DNA of 64,000 bases, taken from an uncultured Solirubrobacteraceae bacterium. Lineage in GTDB: Bacteria > Actinomycetota > Thermoleophilia > Solirubrobacterales > Solirubrobacteraceae. The stretch's first letter is position 1. Each line of letters starts with the position of its first letter. Location of the stretch: the NCBI GenBank assembly GCA_963730575.1, contig CAVSSG010000002.1:359707-423706 (forward strand), given 5' to 3'. The notes beneath the pieces were generated by a model that worked only from the letters and a program-made list of their open reading frames with translations, was not told where the DNA came from and made no database searches. Below, in pieces: positions 63,360 through 64,000 of this stretch. The position numbers were made by a program, and so were the translations under genes.

Positions 63360-64000
63360 CTACGCGCGCGCAGCCGTCGCGCCGCGTCCGCGGGGCTGCG
63401 GCACGTGCTCGTCGGCGTGGTAGCTGGAGCGCACGAGCGGGCCGGCGGCGACGTGCTCGAAGCCGAGCTCGTAGGCGGCCCGCTCGAGCGCGGCGAACTC
63501 GTCGGGGTGCCAGTAGCGCACGACCGGCAGGTGGCGCTCGGAGGGGCGCAGGTACTGCCCGACGGTGAGCACCTGCACGCCGTGCTCGCGCAGCGTGGCG
63601 AAGGCGTCCACCATCTCCTCGTGGGTCTCGCCCAGCCCGACCATCAGCCCGGACTTGGTGAGCACCTCATCGCCCGGCCATCTCCTTGGCCATGCGCAGC
63701 ACGCGGCAGGAGCGCGCGAACTCGGAGCCGCGCCGCGCCAGCGGATACAGGCGGGGGACGACCTCGACGTTGTGGTTGAACACGTCCGGGCGCTCGGCGA
63801 TGACCTTCGCCAGCGGCATCTCCTGGCCCTGGAAGTCGGGGGTCAGCACCTCGATCTGGCAGCCGGGCGCCTGGCGGCGCACCTGGCGGATGACGCCGAC
63901 GAACGCCGAGGCGCCCTTGTCGGGCAGGTCGTCGCGGTCGACCGAGGTGATGACCGCGTGGCGCAGGCCCATGCGCGCGATCGAGCGCGCCACCCGTGCG
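63360..64000 (-). CDS. lipA: Lipoyl synthase, 3' part (frameshift near 63670)
   Basis: [47 protein letters not shown]. Confidence 0.95.

Overview
High-GC actinobacterial chromosome segment. Thermoleophilia/Solirubrobacterales-like is an inference from gene content. Many single-base frameshifts, denser toward the right end, look like assembly errors. Layout: (i) 0.3-3.7 kb: SnoaL-like and secreted proteins. (ii) ~3.9-20.1 kb: nuclease-rich defence/mobile island. It has a type I R-M operon (hsdM-hsdS-hsdR) extended by a fourth gene that appears to fuse a catalytically degenerate DNA methyltransferase, one HsdS-like TRD and a HEPN-like RxxxxH domain. It also has HNH, VRR-NUC and NERD nucleases and a serine recombinase operon. 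(iii) 20.2-32.0 kb: integrase-less island in tRNA-Ala(TGC) with two near-identical IS66 copies inserted at the same position behind both att copies, an IS1380, and a 2032-aa S53 peptidase-10xFN3-2xNHL protein. (iv) 32-64 kb: mostly core metabolism (glycerol kinase, glycogen debranching enzyme, tkt-tal, acyl-CoA dehydrogenases, D,D-carboxypeptidase, rhomboid, lipA). This part also holds a very unusual 96-nt tRNA (anticodon TTC, non-Glu-like body) with an extra cUUCGg hairpin inserted in its D-loop, and a GGA-rich candidate sRNA. The two strongest leads are the type I R-M-coupled pseudo-MTase/TRD/HEPN protein and the five-armed tRNA.
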